From Azolla caroliniana (taxonomy: Eukaryota; Plantae; Polypodiophyta): a DNA stretch of 64,000 nt. The notes beneath the pieces were generated by a model. The model was given only the letters and a program-made list of their open reading frames with translations. It searched no databases and was not told the origin of the DNA. This document shows positions 58,926 to 64,000 of the stretch, one piece after another. The stretch is from NCBI GenBank assembly GCA_043228905.1, contig JBHGNT010000002.1:13082001-13146000 (forward strand). Direction: 5' to 3'. How positions within the stretch are numbered: the stretch's first letter is position 1; each line of letters starts with the position of its first letter. Position numbers and translations under genes: made by a program.

Positions 58926-59220
58926 TGATGCGAAAGATATATGTATTATATGAAGGAAGATATACAACAGTAGTTAGAAGGCTTAAGACTGGCGTTGAAC
59001 CGATTTGGTTCGAACTAATGCCTTGCGCCTCCTTTTATAGTGTCTTCAGGAATACTCCTGAAGTTTCTAGAATGTTCCAGAGAAATCTGGAATATACATC
59101 AATTTCCCAATAAAACCTAAATGAAAATAATATCCTTCAAATTACAATTCATAACCTAATGGTAAAGTCTCGACCCGTGTAACAAAAGGTTATGGGTTCG
59201 TGTCTAGTTATGACAGTATA

Positions 59221-61691
59221 GTCCCCCGATTTTCAATCCGGAGAGAACAGCTCGACGGTATGCCGACTGAAAAAGTCCCTCTATGGACTAAAACAAGCCT
59301 CTGCACGTGGAACACGAAGATCACGTAGCGCCTGCATCACTGGGTTTCCGATGTCCAAATCAGACTCTTCATTGTTCGTCCGGTAAGGTTGACATGGACC
59401 GGTTAGTATTTTACTTTATGTTTATGATTTAGTCATCGTCATCACTGACCTAGATGAAATTGGCCAAGTAAAGTCCCAGCTCGTGGCATCATTCTACATG
59501 AAGGAACTAGGGAACCTTCATTACTTCCTAGGGATCGAAGGGATCTGCACCCCCGAAGGCATACTGATCAGCCAACGACATTACGTGTTGCATATGCTCT
59601 TCAAGTTTGAGATGGCAGACTGTAAGTCTATCTCAACTCCTTTGGACAGAAATGTCAAGCTTCGCCGAGATTCGGGAAAGGTGTGCGACCCGACACGGTG
59701 TCGTAGTGTATTTCGTACACTACGTGAAAAAGTAAAAATAATATAACTGATTTAATTACATATAAATAAGTACAATAAGAATATCAAGATATTTATCACG
59801 TGCATAGGGCAAGATTCGAACCTTGTACCTCCACGTAGCCAAATCTCAGCTTTACCATTATGCTACCTTATCTTTAGTGTTCTATAAATAGATTTAATAA
59901 CTATAAGTGCTTTATTTGCGCCTACCTTTATTAAAAGGTAAATCATGTATTTTTAGAGTGCGTGAATATTTTATAGAAAAAACGCAAGCGACTAAAAAGT
60001 GACTCATGCACATCTAGCGTGCATGAGCACTATATTTAGCAAATAAAAGCAAGGATTAGAAAAGCATCACATGCACATTTAGTGTGCATGAACATATTAG
60101 AAAAAAAGCATGTAGCTATGCTTAGTCTCTCCCATCACTATATAAGGATGGGGAGCACATTGTAGTTTTTGTTGATTATTTTTCTATAATGATCAATCAA
60201 TCTAAAATATTCGTGGGATTCACGAATTTGCTAAAATAATTTTCTCTTACTACCTAAATATTGACTAAATATACTAAACTCGTGGGATTCACGAGATTTT
60301 TATCTTATAACTCTTTATACCTATTCTTTACTAGCCTTATTTGTATTTTTCTTTTCTCCTAGTCCAAAACCCCGGTGGTTCCCACCTGACTCACGCAAAC
60401 GATCCGGAGCCGAAAGGCACGACACAGTTGGTGAACCCGATGTGAAGGCGGGTGGCAAGGAGATGGAGAATCAACAAGATGCAATGAGCATAACGATGAT
60501 TATGATGTTCGAGCGGATGCTACAAGAACAACGAGTGATGTCGGAGATCACGGGGGCAGTAAAGCGGCTCGTGCGACGAAACGGGGAATTCAACGGTAAG
60601 GGTGTGTCACGCTACCTACGTGAATATAAGGCGGAGATGATGCAATATCGGATACCGGAAGGATTGCAAGTGATATCCTTTAGTCGGGTGGCCTCGGACG
60701 AACTACAAGAGAGAATCCACAAGATACAACAACAAAACTCGACATGGGAGTCCTTTGAAGAAGCTTTACGGGACGCATATGACTATGAGAGATGGACGGG
60801 ACGAGATCGACGAGAATTCGACGAATGGGTGACGTCGGAGAAGACTCACCGAAGTGCAACGCAAGCGTTCCTAGAGTTCGAGCATCGTTTTGCTCGACTC
60901 TCGGAGCGGGAACGAAGATTGGTGGGAGGAGATAAAGTCTTAATGTTCGTAAGATCGATCGATCGAAAAGAAAGGATGGACATTGGGATCGAACTCGAAG
61001 ATGATGATGGTGCAAATGGTCTTACCGAAGATTGGGCCGAAGTCCAAAGGGTATGCCGGAGACATGATGAGAGGAAGATGAGAATCTTGTCAACGACATG
61101 GCCGATGAAGGATGGTCGATTGAAGACAAACGATCCGGAGCCGAAAGGCACGACAACGGTTCCGAAAGATTGTCCACAGCCTAATTTATTTGATGATGAC
61201 TCGGCCAGATCCCAGTTACCCAGTCGGCCTAATCAGTCAATTTATGTTGTAGCCCACGACCGAACACCTTCAGTGCACGCAAAGGATATTGCGCTATGTC
61301 CGTGGCACTAAGGATGGGGTGTTGCTATATCGGGTAGGAGTAGCCGAGTAGCTAGTCCATTATATGGATGCCAATTGGGCCGAAAATGCCGGCAATTGCA
61401 GATCAACATCTGGATATGCATCTTCATTGGGAAGTGCAGTGATCACATGGAGCAGTATAAAACAGTCAATAGTGGTGTATAATAGACTGGTTGCGTAAAC
61501 TGGGTACGCAACGAGAGGCCATAGTGGTGTATAATAGAGGTTTGGAATAGAGTTTTCTGTGTTCTGCTCTCTCTGTCTCTCCCGCGTACGTTGTGCTGAT
61601 TAAGCTTTCCATTAAACCTTCCTTGTCTCTTTGTCTTTTGTTTGTTGTTACCCGGTTGTATCTGTTAAGCTTCCGCACGTATTCTTTTACA
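59221..61691 (+). mobile_element. Copia F remnant (C-related): RT/RNase H pieces 59221-59698 and 61160-~61465, partial 3' LTR ending 61691
   Basis: VCRLKKSLYGLKQA and LHYFLGIE motifs; CDPTR|FRKIV across N2. LTR end gcttccgcacgtattcttttaca resembles the Copia C LTR end. Confidence 0.8.
59699..61155 (+). mobile_element. N2: deleted N-family copy (5' LTR 59699-60424, PBS, gag 5' part, last ~27 bp of the 3' LTR); 4-bp TSD ACGG
   Basis: acgg at 59695-59698 and 61156-61159. The deletion joins internal aaacgat(ggagccga) to LTR aacgat(ccggagccga). Confidence 0.92.
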
Positions 61692-62871
61692 TAAACCTTT
61701 TATACTCATGCAAATGCTTTTGGTAATTCTCTTTATCCTTTACTACATCCAAAACCATAAGTCACTTTCCAGCTTCACGACATTCTTTATCAAACCATTT
61801 TTCCCTAAGTTTCTTGGTGCATTTCCAAGATGTGCGGTTGGTCAAAAAACATTTTTTTGTACAAGAGAGAATGACTTTCTTGAAAGCTTCCCATTTGCAT
61901 TCTAGCGTGGCACCATGTTGTATCTTTGTCACTTGTAACATATCCTCAACCATCTTGGAATACATGGGCGCTCGCTTAAGGTTCATGCTCAAGTGCAGTT
62001 GTTTATTATCTTCCATAGCCTTCTCACAATCAAACTGATGCATACATTTGAGATCAATACATAAAGGCCTATGATCGGGTTCTAGTGTCCATTCACCAAG
62101 TGAGAATTTATGTATACGATCCAAAATACCTTCGGAAAGTAACACATAGTCAATCACACTATTTCCGTTGTGTTTTCTACATGTAAAACCATTAGTGTTG
62201 GGCCATAAGGAAATACCATTTGCAATAAGCAATCCGGTACTATTGCACATTTGTAGGAGTAACTTCCCAAATGGGTCTGGATCGTTTTCATCGCTAGAAG
62301 AGCAGCTATACATTTGCATATTCTCTTGCATCCTTGAGATATATGGCATGAAAGATTCTTGTGAATCAAGTTGGAAATTTCTTTTACGAGCATTCATGTC
62401 ACCAAAGACAATAACTTCCCCTTTGGATTTGAAATAAGCAATATCATCTTCTAGATTGGCAAAAGGTTGACCTTTATCCAAACAAGCATAAAAGTTAGAA
62501 TCTTGATGAGGAATGTAACATCCAACTACAAAAGTGAGCAAATCATTAGGTGTTTCTATTTTGAGCCATATGTAGCATTTATGTTCATCATTTTTTATGA
62601 TTGACACATATTTCTCTATTTCCTTCTTAATCAAACATGCCACCCCTCCTTGTCCTCTTCTTTTTCTTGGATTTTTCTTCCATATCAAAGAGTGTACATT
62701 ATAGTTTCCTAAACCTTGAATCCTTTGAGTATCATGCTCCCATGTTTCAACAAGAAGTGTGATATCCGAGTCATCGGTGAACTCCTCTATGCCAAATCCC
62801 GCATTCCATGGGTATCCATTGCAATTCCAAAAGCATAGTCGTAAAAGGCGTGGGTTAGTCTCATAGATCAC
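61692..62871 (-). pseudogene. LINE ORF2 N-terminus (AP endonuclease)
   Basis: Motifs WNCNG, LVETW, GQGGVACL, CYIPH, GDMNA, SVIDYV and PDHRPL. Confidence 0.9.
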
Positions 62872-62877
62872 GTGTCC

Positions 62878-63634
62878 CTATTTGCCGATATTTTCATCTT
62901 TAGGCACATCCTTAACCTTGTTTTTCAATCTTTCTTCATATGCTTTACAACGAGCATTTTGTTGTGAGATAGTACGATCTTCACTCACAAAGCATTGTGT
63001 ACCTTTGAGGTATACCCAACTATTTTCGAGTATGATCCACCGCTTTGTATCATCTGTCATTGTGCATACAAAGGACTTTCTCCGGAGCGAGTAACACCAT
63101 GTTTCCCAACTCGGTGTGCCCCATATACATTCACATCTGACATCCCATAATGTATGCTAAAAAATTCACCAATGGCCTTTCCAAGGGATGCGGGTGTTTC
63201 AATACTCTCTTCTTTAATCCCACGGACGACAATGTTCTTTGATCGTCGTTCACGTTCTTTCAATTCTCGGACATCTATGTTTTCTATATTCTTCTCGCCT
63301 CCTCGTGTCCAATTTTTCTTCTTTTTAATGCTTCCTTTAACTCAATCCTGTTAAGGCGCTCATTTGTTTCAAAAGAAGCTCTTTTATATTCTTAAATCTC
63401 TTCTTCAAGTTTTTGCTTAAGACTTTCATTCTCAATGACAACAATTTGGAGCTTTGCATTCTCTTTCATTAACGTCCTAATCTCTTCACCTTGCTTGTTT
63501 ATGGTTTCATGAAGAGAAATCAAGTGACTCATAAGAATTTTTTCCATTTCATTGGAATTGAGATTTGTTGGTGACCTCGGCTCATTATCAATCATACCCC
63601 CGAACTTTGCAGTGACTTTACGAGTGTTTGCCAT
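62878..63634 (-). pseudogene. LINE ORF1 (coiled coil + Transposase_22/L1-ORF1p-like RRM), frameshifted
   Basis: Heptad-like N-terminus, then ERERRSKNIVVRGIKE...AHRVGK and FVSEDRT. Confidence 0.7.
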
Positions 63635-63839
63635 TGTAGGGGCAAACCCTACGGGAAAAAGAGAGATGAAGCGGGCGGGAGAGAGAATGTACCTTTCACT
63701 CTATTTAGGATTTCAAAATTTACCTTGCTTTTGATGAATGGTGGGGCAAAGATGGTTCCGGATGAAAATGCTCATAAGTTTTCGTCACGGTAACAGAATT
63801 CAGTAAATGAACATTCTTTAGAAAGCTCTCTTAAAGAAA

Positions 63840-63900
63840 GAACGATGATAACAAGGGGGGGGGGGGGGGAGGGGGGCGAACGATGATAACAAGGGGGAGG

Positions 63901-63942
<42 letters not shown>

Positions 63943-64000
63943 TGATAACAATATATATATATATATTATATGAAGAGAATATACAAGAATAGCTAGGAGG
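63840..64000 (-). repeat. LINE 5' junction and resumed G4 LTR, with triplicated gaacgatgataacaa and G/GA runs
   Basis: The motif occurs at 63840, 63878 and 63937. The following sequence matches G-family LTRs downstream of their GA tract. Confidence 0.75.

Larger units (their letters stand above)
53439..59215 (-). mobile_element. Chromovirus G3, intact and very young: LTRs 53439-53905 and 58753-59215, TSD GTATA
   Basis: TGTCA...TGACA LTRs differ by one substitution plus two GA units. gtata at 53434-53438 and 59216-59220. gag and pol are open. Confidence 0.97.

Noticed and set aside
61130-61311. Distinct C-terminus of the 289-aa ORF 60442-61311
   Set aside because: Read-through across the N2 deletion into out-of-frame Copia F.

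Overview
Land-plant nuclear DNA; the PPR and retroelement types suggest a fern or other seed-free plant, which is inference only. One intact host gene is present: an intronless PLS-class PPR gene (204-2480, minus strand). The rest (~60 kb) is a nested retrotransposon block that can be rebuilt from target-site duplications (TSDs). A Tnt1/Tork-like Copia ('E', 11014->45754) is the base. Its 3' LTR holds Copia C (which holds Copia D, which holds gag-only element N1) and a non-chromovirus Gypsy H (which holds chromovirus G1). Its 5' LTR holds chromovirus G4, whose (GA)n tract holds a LINE. The LINE is interrupted by chromovirus G2, a Copia remnant F, a very young intact chromovirus G3 and a second N copy. 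Main observations: (1) two unrelated LTR families carry an antisense tRNA-like Pol III box A/box B cassette with canonical 32-nt spacing near the outer U3 edge; (2) the chromovirus family lacks a tRNA PBS but has a Tf1-type self-priming complement and a GUUAAAC + stem-loop -1 frameshift signal; (3) family N is gag-only, has a tRNA-Trp PBS, 4-bp NCGG TSDs, hairpin-rich LTRs with a compensatory change, and non-identical LTRs; (4) Gypsy H has a decayed ~440-codon coiled-coil/polyQ third ORF; (5) an RTEX-like LINE with an animal-L1-type ORF1 appears to target (GA)n. All coordinates and counts were read by eye; no searches were run.
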